Under the pieces are notes generated by a model that was not told the DNA's origin, searched no databases, and worked only from the letters and a program-made list of their open reading frames with translations. The position numbers and the translations under genes are program-made. A stretch of 64,000 nucleotides of DNA from Octopus bimaculoides (Eukaryota): contig NC_068981.1 of the NCBI RefSeq assembly GCF_001194135.2, positions 59,275,190 to 59,339,189 on the forward strand, written 5' to 3'. Each line of letters opens with the position of its first letter. Position 1 is the first letter of the stretch. Shown here piece by piece: positions 12,677 to 25,905 of the stretch.

Positions 12677-14769
12677 CTGGCATAGTGGGGCCCTGATGAA
12701 CTTGGATCAATCGAAAGCTTTCGATAGAGTAGACCATCGATACTTGGAGGCTGTCCTCATAGCAGCCAGTTTCAGTCCCGTTTTCCGCGGCTGGATGGCT
12801 GCCTTGTACAGAGGCATCCGTTCGGTAATTCGCGTCAATGGGCGTCTATCAAGACCTTTCCACATTGCACGTTCGGTCCGTCAAGGATGCCCCCTCTAGT
12901 CACTTCTGTATGTATTGACTCTCGAGCCACTACTGCGGAAGCTGGCGACGCTGAGGGGCACCCCGCGAGAACTGGGGTGCGGGACGAGCGTGTCGGTATA
13001 CGCGGACATCGTCACCGTCATAGCGTCTAGCCACGAGCACATCGAGCTGGTCGGTAAGACGCTGAAAAACTACGAAGCGGTGACGGGAGCGAAAATCAAC
13101 CGGGAAAAGTTGATGGGCTTGCGGCTCGGCACCTGGAAAAGCAAGCCCATACCGTCCGGCAGCGCCTCAGTAGCGAGACGCTGGACGGACGGGCTGGTCA
13201 AGTTGCTAGGAGTCTCGTTTGGTCCGCACCTGCAAACGGAGAAGAACTGGGACGAGATTACGAGTAGAGTGGCCACTCTCTGCCGGCAATGGTCCGAGAG
13301 GAAGCTGTCCCTAAAAGGTCGGCTGGAGGTGGCGAGCGCATACATTGCGTCCATCATAAACTNNNNNNNNNNNNNNNNNNNNNNNNNNNNNNNNNNNNNN
13401 NNNNNNNNNNNNNNNNNNNNNNNNNNNNNNNNNNNNNNNNNNNNNNNNNNNNNNNNNNNNNNNNNNNNNNNNNNNNNNNNNNNNNNNNNNNNNNNNNNNN
13501 NNNNNNNNNNNNNNNNNNNNNNNNNNNNNNNNNNNNNNNNNNNNNNNNNNNNNNNNNNNNNNNNNNNNNNNNNNNNNNNNNNNNNNNNNNNNNNNNNNNN
13601 NNNNNNNNNNNNNNNNNNNNNNNNNNNNNNNNNNNNNNNNNNTCCGGCTCTACGTAGACGACGGTGAGCAGGTGTGGTCGCCGTTTATGCGGCAGGCTTT
13701 CCCGCAGCTCGTCTCCATGACCGAGCTGCAGTCGTGGATCAAGAAGAGGCCGAGGAAAGGCAAATGGCACCGCGAGTGTCGCGTTGCTCTGCAACAACTC
13801 TGCCGTCCCGGGTCGACCTTGAGCGACTGCATAACAACAAACGCATTCTATTGGGGATTAGTGGAGGGGAGCTACGACGACCTCGGGGCGAACCTGGGTG
13901 TCGACAAGGAATACCTGACCCACCTGTTCAAGACGACTTTCAGGCCGGGACCTATGGACAACTTCCAGAGATCCCTGGCCTGGCAGTACTACCGAGGGGC
14001 GCTACCCGTTCGGGAGAAGCTCTACCGACACGGCTCGAGAAATACGGGGCCGACCTGCCCGAGATGCGGTTAGAGCGACGAGACCGTTCTGCATGCATTC
14101 GTGCAGTGTCGAACCATTTCCGACCTGTGGGCTTATGTAGAACGACAACTGTCACGTGTGGGACGAGTCGGTCTATCAACCGAGTCTATCGTCAATATCG
14201 TCACGCCTCCTTCCTTTAAACGGGAAGGAAGAGCTGTTTTTATCGTACTTGTGGCTATGGCGAAAGAAAGTATCTGGTGGATGCGTCTGAAAGGATTGGA
14301 GACAAGCACTTTCCTCTCTGGTCAATCTCTCATCAACTTTTTCAAGTATCACTTGAAAAGGAAGATGAGAGTCGAGAGGTAAGTGTTGTGTAATGTATGT
14401 TGTCAAAAAAAGATGGCTGAACGTAGCAAGGATGGCACGTGTAAATGACGAAGCCACCTTGAGCATGATCCTATGAAACGGAAACATTTTAAAGCAGAGA
14501 GTTACTCACCTTGTCTAATTAAATCTATTAACATGTAACATTACCGTGGTCTTTTCGTAGGTTTTTCTTTCCACGGATAAACCTCCCCATTACCTGGGAA
14601 CTTTTTGTATATATTTATCTCTCTTGTACATACCCCAAACGTCTTCGATTCCTTTTGATCGTTGTCCCTACTTTTGCTTTTTATTTTTTTTTTCGCCCCC
14701 ATCGAAAAGAAAAACTCTACATTGTATTTGTCCCATCTGTGTTCAGCCCTGTATGGCTAATAAAGAAAG

Positions 14770-14770
<1 letters not shown>
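12677..14770 (+). mobile_element. 5'-truncated non-LTR retrotransposon, L1 superfamily, probably Tx1 clade
   Basis: GC-rich island. RT motifs LDQSKAFDRVDH, SVRQGCPL(S), YAD(I)V, KINREK and VKLLGV; C-terminal zf-RVT-like LPVREKLYRH...CPRCG..DETVLHAFVQC; T-rich 3' UTR ending 'ctaataaagaaagt'. Gap at 13363-13642. Confidence 0.92.
12696..14476 (+). pseudogene. ORF2 (RT + zf-RVT) remnant of the Tx1-like LINE
   Basis: The frame is continuous on each side of the gap, but in-frame stops occur at 12897, 14071 and 14380 and the catalytic YADD reads YADI. The probable native stop is 14474-14476. Confidence 0.85.
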
Positions 14771-14828
<58 letters not shown>

Positions 14829-14830
14829 CC
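14771..14830. repeat. (TATC)n microsatellite directly abutting the LINE 3' end
   Basis: Direct reading of the sequence. Confidence 0.96.
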
Positions 14831-15733
14831 TGTCTGTCTGTCTGCCTGTTTGTCTTTGTTTCTGACCTTCTTTGTTTGTTTGTTTGTTTCTGTCTTTCTT
14901 TCCTTCTTTCCATTGCAAGATATTTGGTGGAATATTCAGAAGTATGTGCTGGAAAGGGCAAGGTAAATTAGATTTAGATAAGTGGACGATTTATTTAATC
15001 TAAAGCACTTAAAGTGCCTCTTTTTTTCAAGGTTCATTCTTTCAGTTTCGTATTTCATCAGTTATGTAAGTATTCTTGAACGAAAACGTTTATATAGTTG
15101 TTCAGTTACTTACATACACACAAACAGCTAGCAAATAACTAAAGCAAAAGCCGGAACATATAGAATAACCAATGTTACTGTTACAATAAAAAAAAAAGCG
15201 TAGCAGAAAAGAGCAAAACAAAATGGCGAAAATAACAACATCTAGAGTAACGGCACGTATATTATTCTAAAGTTCGCCTTTTCTCTGGAAGGTGAAAATT
15301 GAGTTGTTGAAGCATGTAGTACAAAATGTCAAAGAAATACAATTTATAGGCAGAGCAAGGACACCCCTAATGAGAAGATGGTGGTTTCGAATTGAAAACC
15401 GATCTATGTACATATCGACCTACCCGGTTTGCTATAATGTGTCAATTGAATAAGTAATACATAAATTGGGAGTTGATGGAACGATCTAAGTTTCTTCCTG
15501 ACAAACGTATAGATTCGTTTCAAATTTCTTGACACGTATGTTCGTTATAAACAATGATATGCATCAAAAAGTGAGAGATATGTCTATTTACACAATCTGA
15601 AATTTCAACTCGTTTCAATAGTTGTTTGATGCTCTTTTATTGAACGAATGGGTTTCAATTCGATTTTGGCGAGTGAATGCTCTTGTTTGTCAATCAATGA
15701 AATTATGTGGTTTTCTATTGCATTGTGACTGAA

Positions 15734-16038
15734 TGAAAGTACGTAGTTTAGTCGTTAGGGTATTCGGCTCACGATCGTAAGGTCTCGAGTTTGATTCCCG
15801 GCGGCGCATTGTGTCCTTGAGCAAGACACTTTATTTCACGTTGCTCCAGTTCACTCAACTCGATCAAAATTGAATAGTACCAGTATTTCAAAGGGCCAGC
15901 CTAGTCACATTCCCGAGAGCTACGTTAAGGTTACACGTGTCTGTGGAGTACTCAGCTACTTGCATGTTAACTTCACAAGCAGGCTGTTCTATCGATCATA
16001 TCAATTGGAACCCACGTCGTCGTAAACGATGGAGAGCC
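15734..16038 (+). mobile_element. tRNA-derived SINE (head 2 + tail X), internally deleted
   Basis: Head 'ttcggctcacgatcgtaagg...gagtttgattccc', domain 'gtgtccttgagcaagacactttatttcacgttgctccag', tail shared with 10155 and 42409. Possible 7-bp TSD tgactga. Confidence 0.87.
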
Positions 16039-16556
16039 TGTTTTTTGACTGAGTATCACGAATATGTCATATACATTTATAGACTTAATCGTTATCAGTG
16101 AAAAGGCGACGCTTGTGAATTACTAGAACAGCACGGTCCATTTCTGGAGCATCGTACAATTTCTTTCTAAGAAGGATATGGTACAACACACTAAAATTGT
16201 TTCGAATAAAGATGGAACACAAAATCTCACGATTTTGAAGCAAACATTTTAACCATACGGTTACATGTGAGCTCATGTCATTGGAATAAGTTTCAATGTC
16301 ACATGGAAAACAGCATCAATATCAGACGTTACATTTTCCAGCACTTTTAAAATAATTGGCCATTGATTCCAGCAAATGCAAGATAAACATTTTATTACAA
16401 GCAATCATGATGTGTAAACCGTTTGCTCTGATTGTTATTCCAGTTGGCATTCCCAACCAGTTGCCTCGTGAAAAAGAATCTTTCACTAAAACATTTGGCT
16501 ACTAAAAACATCTAAGTATCATCAAATATATTTCCTACTGAAAATTTGAGAATTCC

Positions 16557-16559
<3 letters not shown>

Positions 16560-16632
<73 letters not shown>

Positions 16633-17016
16633 TGCGCGCACACATACATATTTTTATATGTATGTATACACACTTTACATGCACATCGCTTTTAGTGTTT
16701 TGTAGATATGCACACATCTATGCATGCACATGGCTTTCCTACTGTTTGTCAGTCTAAATGTCTGCCTCTCTGTCTGTATGCATATCTCTCTGTGAATATA
16801 TGTAGGTGAGAATTAAATGTAACTTCGTTCGTATGAGTGTCTAATCGTTTATTTGTTTACTAAAACTTTTTTCAATGGTTTCCTTAAAAACCATTGAAGC
16901 ACATATATGTTTTTCCGTTTACAATAGTGCCATGTTGATCAACGATTTTGTGATTGTAAGAAACATAAACAAGTGAAACGGAAGGCAGAGTGAACTTTCT
17001 AAAGAAAGAATCAGTT

Positions 17017-17061
<45 letters not shown>

Positions 17062-17478
17062 NNNNNNNNNNGAGAGAGAAGTGGGGAGAGGAAGAAATAG
17101 AGAGAGAGAGAGTGAGAGAAAGAAAGAGGGAGAGTGAAGGGAAGGGGGTTGCTGAATTAGGAAGGGAGAGGAAATCTAGAGTGTTGAACGAAAGAAAGCG
17201 AGGAAACGAGACAGAAAACAAAAGATAGAGATAGATAGATAGAAAGATAGACAGATGTAGATAAAGAAAGAAATACTTATAATAAAATAATAAAATCCTT
17301 TTCCCTCCCATATGAAAAAAACAACCTAGATATGAAAATAAAATTAAAGACGTCCAGCATTCTTGATAGTGTTATGGTCACATACCTGTGGATGAAATTA
17401 GAAATAGAGTGACAAAGCTAGAAACAGAGTGAGCACTGAAGAAGTGGACACTGAAATGGAAAGATTTTCATGGAAAGA

Positions 17479-17573
<95 letters not shown>

Positions 17574-17878
17574 ATGAAGGGAAAGATAGGTAACGAGATA
17601 AATACACGGGCAAAGGTTAAAAGAGAAAGAGCAAATCAGGAAGAAAAGTGAAAGCAGATAATTTGGTACGTAACAGCTAGCGGCATCTACACTACTTTGG
17701 AATTCATTTTTCAGCTGAGTGGATTTAAGTTATGTGAAGAGCAGCTCCTTGCTCAAGAACAGAACGCGCTTTCCAATCCAGGAAGCAAACCCGCAACCTA
17801 TATTAAGGTTTTTGAGTTCAACAATTAAGTATTTGGTCAAGCGCCTTCACACACACATATACGAAATTATTAGGAGAG

Positions 17879-17957
<79 letters not shown>

Positions 17958-17978
17958 TAGAGAGAGAAAGAGAGAGAT

Positions 17979-18013
<35 letters not shown>

Positions 18014-18060
18014 AGAAATAGAAGAAATGAAAGAGAAAGGGAGAAAGAGATAGCAAGAGA
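16560..18060. repeat. Microsatellite cluster: (CA)n 16560-16630; (GA)n around 17020-17120, 17485-17570 and 17873-18012
   Basis: Direct reading of the sequence. Confidence 0.95.
17700..17830 (-). mobile_element. Degenerate SINE head 2 fragment
   Basis: Reverse complement 'gtgaaggcgcttgacc...gcgttctgttcttgagcaagg...ccactcagctgaaaaatgaa' aligns with the 42409-42741 head. Confidence 0.55.
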
Positions 18061-19104
18061 CAGGGAAAGGTAGATGCGGTACTGAAGAAAATAAAGATAG
18101 TACTAGAATTAAGAAAGTGTGCTGCCCTTGAGAAGTAGAGGAGTTAGTTGGTCAAGACCTAGTCGGCCTTGATTTCTGACCAAAGGCATTCAAGCGTTTT
18201 TATTTCAAATGCTTGTATGTGATTTGTGGTATATTTGTGGGACATATGATGGTTAATTCTAGTAGCTCGAGTTACTACTTGGATGCTCCGTCGTTACATT
18301 GTGAGGTGGTGGTGATGGTGGTAGATGAAAGATATAAAAGTGGGGACCGAATCTGAAAGCAAGGAGAGCAGGTGAGGAAGGTTAAATAAGAGTCATAAAA
18401 AGGAAGAAGGAAGAAGAGAGAGAGAGAGAGAAAGAGAGAAAGAGACAGAGAAACAGAAAAAGAGAGAAAGGGAAAGAGAATGAGTAAAAGTATGTGTAAG
18501 ACGAGCAATGGAGCAAAAAAATTAATGAGAAGTAGAAACAAATAGAAAGTTAAGTAGAAATAGAAATAACAAAAAAAGTTTAAGGTGGTGGGAGTGAAGA
18601 AAATTAGGGACTTGGTATAAGCAAATCTCTTATTGGTGTTTATCTTTCCTGTAATCTTGGCCAGTTAGAACAACTATGTAAAATTCCAACATAAGCATCA
18701 TACACTAAAACGGCTTCCTCTAAGCTAACAAAACGTTCGAGTAGTGTGTGTAGCTTAACGGGTTCTGTTATTTTTTGAGACTTAAATAAACAGTCTAAAA
18801 TCATACTGCTCCAGTTGGTAACATAATTCTAATATCAAAAGGATGTTAACAAGAAATAAATAAGTGTGGGGACTATGGTTACCACACTCATACACACACA
18901 TATGCACACGTGCACCACGCACGCCAGACACACACGTATATATATGTATGTGTGTATGAATATATGAGTGTGTGCACGCGTGTTTGTGTGTATGTGTTTG
19001 TGTGTGTGCTTATGTATGAGCGATGTGTCTAAAAGGAACAAAGAGAGAGAGAAAGAGACAGAAAGAGAGCGAGAGAGAAATAGAGGGAGAGAGAGAGATA
19101 GAGA

Positions 19105-19136
<32 letters not shown>

Positions 19137-19339
19137 TAGAGAATATAAACGAAAGTAAAGATTAGAAATGAAACCAATGTTTAGAGAAAGGAAACTGAAT
19201 GCTTTACGATCAAACCGTTTTCCTGATCACTTAATGATATAAAGGTGTGCTACCATTATTACCACACACATACACTAATACATATCTAAAGGCTTGTACA
19301 TTCGCAAAATTGAAGGTGCGCATGTATGCTTATGTGTGC

Positions 19340-19377
<38 letters not shown>

Positions 19378-19997
19378 TCAGAAAAAGAACATTCACAGCG
19401 GAGAGTAAATACTTGCATTACTATAAAAAAATCAAATCAGTTTTTGGACGCAAAAACACTGAGCCAGACTTCCTTATCTTTTCCCCAGGTTAGAAGAATA
19501 TGATCATCACGCTTTATAGGGTCTCTGTGATTGATGGGAGGAAGTAGTGTACCTCAAGATCGAATGTTTGGGACAGAGTGGATTCTCCTAAACGCACGCT
19601 AAATGATTGGTGGTGAGCTACATGTCAGAGCTGCATATGATTAGGATAGAAGACACGAAGTAGTGCTCAAATGAATTTGAACTTAAACTACGATTTCTTC
19701 ACTAACGACTAGATTCTTGGCGTCAAGAGCGGCTAAAAGAGAAATCCCATTCTTCACCCTTTAAACCTCGGGCAATACTATGAAACCTGCTTTTGCCGAC
19801 ATTCTCTTGATGAAAGAAGTCGCACTTATGGTAGTATGTATCTGCGACTAAGACCTTTTGCACGTTCCATCAAAAAATTATGATCATTACGATTATTACG
19901 TAAATCCGAGCCTCCTGAAACAGCTGTCGAGTTTAGAAATTATGTATGGTCTTCTTATTATTCTGCATTTTTTTATTCTCTATTCAAATATATTCGT

Positions 19998-21440
<1,443 letters not shown>

Positions 21441-22171
21441 AAACACGCACACACTGACACGAACACATACACATATATTTATACAAAGTGAAGTACATGG
21501 GAAAAGGGAGATATAGAGAAAGAATGATAGAAAGATATATTGACCAGAGGTAAATAAAGTATGATGTAAATATCAATCCTTGTAATAGAGAAAGAAAATT
21601 GTGTTTTTATAAGTGTATGAATTTCTAAAACCATGCAAACGACCTGCGCGTTGAGGATAGTTTGAGAAAAGAATATTAAAGATATTCATATATATATCAC
21701 ACTTCGGAATGAACCTTTGGAACTTGCTTGGAAGTGGAACAGATGTGACAACCTCATATCTATTCAGCGAAGACGAGACAAACAGATATGTTGCAGAATT
21801 TGACTCAAATTTGAAAATGTATACTGTCTCCTCTAAACATTGTGCTATATCGAGTAGATATATTGTATGATATCGGCTTCAAATATTCTTATAATATAGA
21901 TATATCGCAGAACGGCAACTCTCTCAAACTTCAGAATTTATGTCGCTTGGTAATAAGCTATTAACAATACTGTCATCAATCACAACTATTTAGAGAATTG
22001 AGGACATACATTAACATTTTCTAGGTGCTGAAACAAATATCTTGAGTTTCAAAATCATCCAAAAGAATTATATAAGCGTGAGTTTTTTTACAGACTATAA
22101 CTGTGTTGCTTGTTACAATATATCTACTTAATCTTTTAAAAAAGTTTATGTTAATATTTGTGAGTATTATA

Positions 22172-22390
22172 AGGGCAGCGAGATGGCAGAATTGTTGGCA
22201 CGCCTGGCAATATGCTTAGAGGTTTTACGTCCGTCTTTACGCCCTGAGTTCAAATTCCGCGAGGTCGACTTTTCCTTTCATACTTGGGGCTGGGTGGGTG
22301 TATAAAATACATGCCAATTGAGCGCTGGAATCGATGTAATCGAGTTACTCCCTCTCCGAACCTTCTGGTCTTGTGTCAATTTTTGGAATT
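22172..22390 (+). mobile_element. tRNA-derived SINE family C
   Basis: 'gggcagcgagatggcagaa...gtccgtctttacg...gagttcaaattcc...gaggtcgactt...gatgtaatcga...cttgtgtcaatttttggaatt'. Confidence 0.8.
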
Positions 22391-22584
22391 AATATCTATG
22401 AGAGTTACGAAATTTAAACCTGTCGTTTAACGTACACAATATATTTTAGCACTGTTTCAGCATATTGTCTTCCTTTTTCTCTTCTTGTTTACACTGAAGC
22501 CTCTGTATACAAATGTTTGCACACACAACTCACACACATACAGAAACACACACACACACACAACTTATATATTTGTAAATGAAT

Positions 22585-22950
22585 AGGCTCAGGCGTGGCA
22601 ATGAGGTCCGAAGCTTGCTTCCCAACCATGTGATCTTTGGTCCAGTCCCAATGCCCTGCAGCTTGGGCAAATATCTTCCACTATAAACCCAGACCGACCA
22701 AAGCCTTGTGAGTGGATTTGGAAAACAGGAGCTATGTATACATCTGTGTGTCTTTTTGCTAGTGCTTGTCTCTCCACCATCACTTGACAACTGGTGTTGG
22801 TTTGTTCACATCTCCGTAAATAAGTAGTTCGGCAAAAAAATCAATAGAATAAGTACCTAACTTAAAATTTAATACTAGGGTCGAATCATTGAGCTAAACC
22901 CTTCAAGGCGATGCGACAGCGTGGTTGTAGACCAAAGACAAGTAAAAGAT
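22585..22950 (+). mobile_element. SINE family A
   Basis: Aligns to the other copies (ttgggcaa core, gaccaaagccttgtgagtggatttgg, gatagaataagtac, caagtaaaaga tail). Confidence 0.85.
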
Positions 22951-23137
22951 GAGGGATTGAATATAAAATGTACTATATTCCTTTGCTTTGTTTTCTTCTT
23001 TTAATTTTTTTTTATTCTCCAGAGCTTATATTGTTTTATGCATATGACATCAAGAATTTGCAAATCAAATACAAAATCTTCTTATTTCTTATTGCTTATT
23101 TACCCTCCTCTGTTATTTTGTGTTCACTATATTCCTT

Positions 23138-23510
23138 TTATTACCTCCACCTTACTGAAGGCGGGCGTGTTGTTTTCAGTCGAGTTTGTTTGTTTGTCTG
23201 TGGACAAGATATCTCAAAAACCGCTGGATGGATTTGGATGAAACGTTCAGGGGATGTTTGGCCTCGTGACTGGCACGAACTGATTAGACTTGGGTATCGA
23301 TGTGGTACCGGACAAAGATTCTGGATTATTTGATATGTTTACTTTACTTTACGTGAAGTATTACGATCTTATGTTGACTTTCAAGTCTTTCTCTGATTAT
23401 CTCGCTTTAAAGCACGCTCATGGTTTCCACATATGTTATGGCGGCATTGCTGCTTCCAAAGTATAATTTTCGCTTGTCTATTATTAATCTTACTCGCGTC
23501 TCTATCTTAG
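23138..23510 (+). mobile_element. Helentron-associated (HINE/DINE-like) non-autonomous element, tentative
   Basis: Starts 'ttattacctccaccttactgaaggcggg' (a subterminal hairpin), followed by a gtttgtttgtttgtctgt run and 'atctcaaaaaccgctggatggatttggatgaaac'. This is the layout of the widespread attacctccgcc-type HINE elements, recalled from memory and not checked against a database. Confidence 0.5.
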
Positions 23511-23967
23511 TAGAAATTGATGAATAAAGAAATCAAACTACATAAACAAACGGCAGCAAAACTGTTCAGAAATCAAATACTCCTAACATATTCAGTAACA
23601 ATAATAAATTTAATTTACCCTCGACAATTTTTAGTTTTACCAATTTTGAATATATCGCTCCTGTTAAAAACCTCTTATCTACTTGACAATTGCATTTCTA
23701 GCTCTGCTTCGGAGGAAACTTTACTTTTTCGACTCACGTTTTTGTGCGCCACGATGTTATTAAACCTCCGTTAACAGCGCCGTGTTCAGGTCCTTTCCGT
23801 TTTCTTTCATGCACGGATAAAATTTTCATTATAGACCTTAATGGTCGTAAAGACATTATATCATATATCTACCCTTCATAGAAAAAAACAGTCCCTGTTC
23901 CCAATGCAGACGACACACACACTGCAAATACGTTCCGCACACGCACCATAACTAACATTTGGATCGA

Positions 23968-25435
23968 TTTTTTTGTTACCTATAAAAGGCGATACAAAGA
24001 ATCTTCTGTCGAAAATTACAACACATAAAGACAATACAAACGTGACAAACACAAACTCGGGGAACTAAAAATACAAAAAGAAGATGAAATCAGAAGAAAA
24101 ACTAAAATAACGAATGGTAATATGAAGAATGAAAAAATGAGAAATGGAAGTGATGTTACCTGCCCCATCAAGTAACATCACTTACTTGCCTTTTCGCCTG
24201 ATCTCCATAATGTCTATACCATATCGTGTTTTTAGTTCTTCATATCCTATCTCTTTCGGCAACTTGTCCATATTATAATTCACCTTCCATACCTCAAAAT
24301 CATCGAATTTTTAAATTTTGCTTAAATGTTTTTCTGTTATCAACATCACTGTAATTTCACCATACTCGTCGTCGTTAACGTCCATATAGACTGTATCTTC
24401 CCATTTCTCCAATATCTCATGTAGTTCTTCCTCTGCCTCGAAGTAAACAATACATGCATAACAGTCAGTGGGAGGGGAAGTTTCTAAAACGTGTGTGGTG
24501 TCTTTTTTGTTTTCGTGCTGGTGGGGAATGGGTAGGTATAGTGTCTGCAGGGGAGGGTGGGACTAAGAGGGTGTGGATGGGCATTGTGTGGGTTGGGGTT
24601 CTGCATGTGAGAGGCCTACATTCGTCCTTACTTGTTTTCCACTCTTTTCCTTCATTTTCTTTTTCCGTCGGTATTGTCTCCTCATTCTCTGTTCTTTCCT
24701 GTTGTTTCTCTTGTGGTAACTCCTGTGGATGCCATTCTTCAGTTTCTTTGATTGGTGGAGGGCAACTCGCTCTTATGTAGCCCTTCAGGCCACATTTATA
24801 ACAGCGAGGGATTCTGCCCTCCACCCACACTCTCAGGCTTATGTCGCCTATCGTTATCGTTTCTGCCAGTCTCTCTAGTGTTTCTCTCTCAGTCTGAATT
24901 TTCATCTCCAATGATTTTCCCTTCCACGTCCCGTCTTCAGTTGACGTGGCTTGGATAACATACACCTTTTCCTCACTTCCGAGAGGACAGCCGCCGCCAC
25001 CCAAGCCGCTTCCATATCATGCAGTATTCCTTCTACTCTAACCCTGGATGTCCTTCTTCCAAGATACATGGGTAGAAGGACTACTTAATCCGTCTTCACC
25101 GTCTTTATCGCCATCTTCCTTGCTAGCTCTTCCGACTTCAATTGTGCTACTATTGTTCCAAATTTGTTGCCTCGTGTAAGGAATATTACATCTTTCGTAA
25201 CTGTTCTCAACGCCTTTTCTATCGTTTCAATTTCCATCAGTTCTGCCGCAATTACTTTATACGTAATCGTAATGTAGCTGTACATCGTTAACCAGCTAGA
25301 AGGGATGTCGTCTTGGGGTTAAAAATATTGCAGTAATCTTCACTCGAAAAGAAATGCCATGCTGACGTGGCTACGAATATTACTTGTTAGTACAACTACT
25401 GCGTTCATCTCTTAGAGAGATTTTAGAACTAGCTT
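23968..25435 (-). mobile_element. Retroelement encoding only an ORF1/gag-like protein, with T-rich 3' UTR and short A tail
   Basis: Single decayed ORF at 24182-25360, a 12-bp hairpin at the stop, about 200 nt of pyrimidine-rich UTR, then 'ggtaacaaaaaaa'. No RT or endonuclease motif follows. Confidence 0.65.
24182..25360 (-). pseudogene. LINE ORF1-like nucleic-acid-binding protein (RRM-like region, zinc knuckle, acidic C-terminus), about 390 codons, disrupted
   Basis: Stitched translation: MAFLFE*..MYSYITITYKV..SEELARKMA..LPMYLGRRTSRVRVEGI..LRVWVEGRIPRCYKCGLKGYIRASCPPP..YFEAEEELHEILEKWEDTVY..RRKGK*. The C-X2-C-X4-H-X4-C knuckle has His replaced by Tyr. At least 4 stops and 2 frameshifts. Confidence 0.78.
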
Positions 25436-25458
25436 TTTAGCTTATATACATACACACA

Positions 25459-25675
25459 TTCTTTTATTCTTTTTCTTTTTTCCAGTCATTTGGCTGCAGC
25501 CATGCTGGAGCACCGCCTTTTAACCGAAAAGATTGACCCCAGGACTTATTCTTTGTAAGATTGGTACTTTATTCTACCGGCGTCTTTTGCCGAACCGCTA
25601 AGTTACGGAGAAGTAAACACACCAACATTAGTTGTCAAGGAATGAGTGGGCGAGGGAGACAAACACAGACACAAA

Positions 25676-25760
<85 letters not shown>

Positions 25761-25905
25761 GACGGGCTTTTTTTCAGTTTCTAGCAAATCCACCCAGGCT
25801 TTAGTCGGCCGAGGTTATAGAAAAAAGACACTTGCCAAAAGTGCCACGCAGTGGGAGTGAACCTTAAAGCATGTGAAGCAAACTTCTCACTACACAGCCA
25901 CACCT
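25459..25905 (-). mobile_element. SINE family A with expanded internal (CA)n
   Basis: Reverse complement of the family A consensus; (CA)n at about 25680-25757. Confidence 0.88.

Noticed and set aside
13070-14487. Overlapping alternative-frame and antisense ORFs within the LINE
   Set aside because: Shadow ORFs of a GC-rich RT coding sequence.
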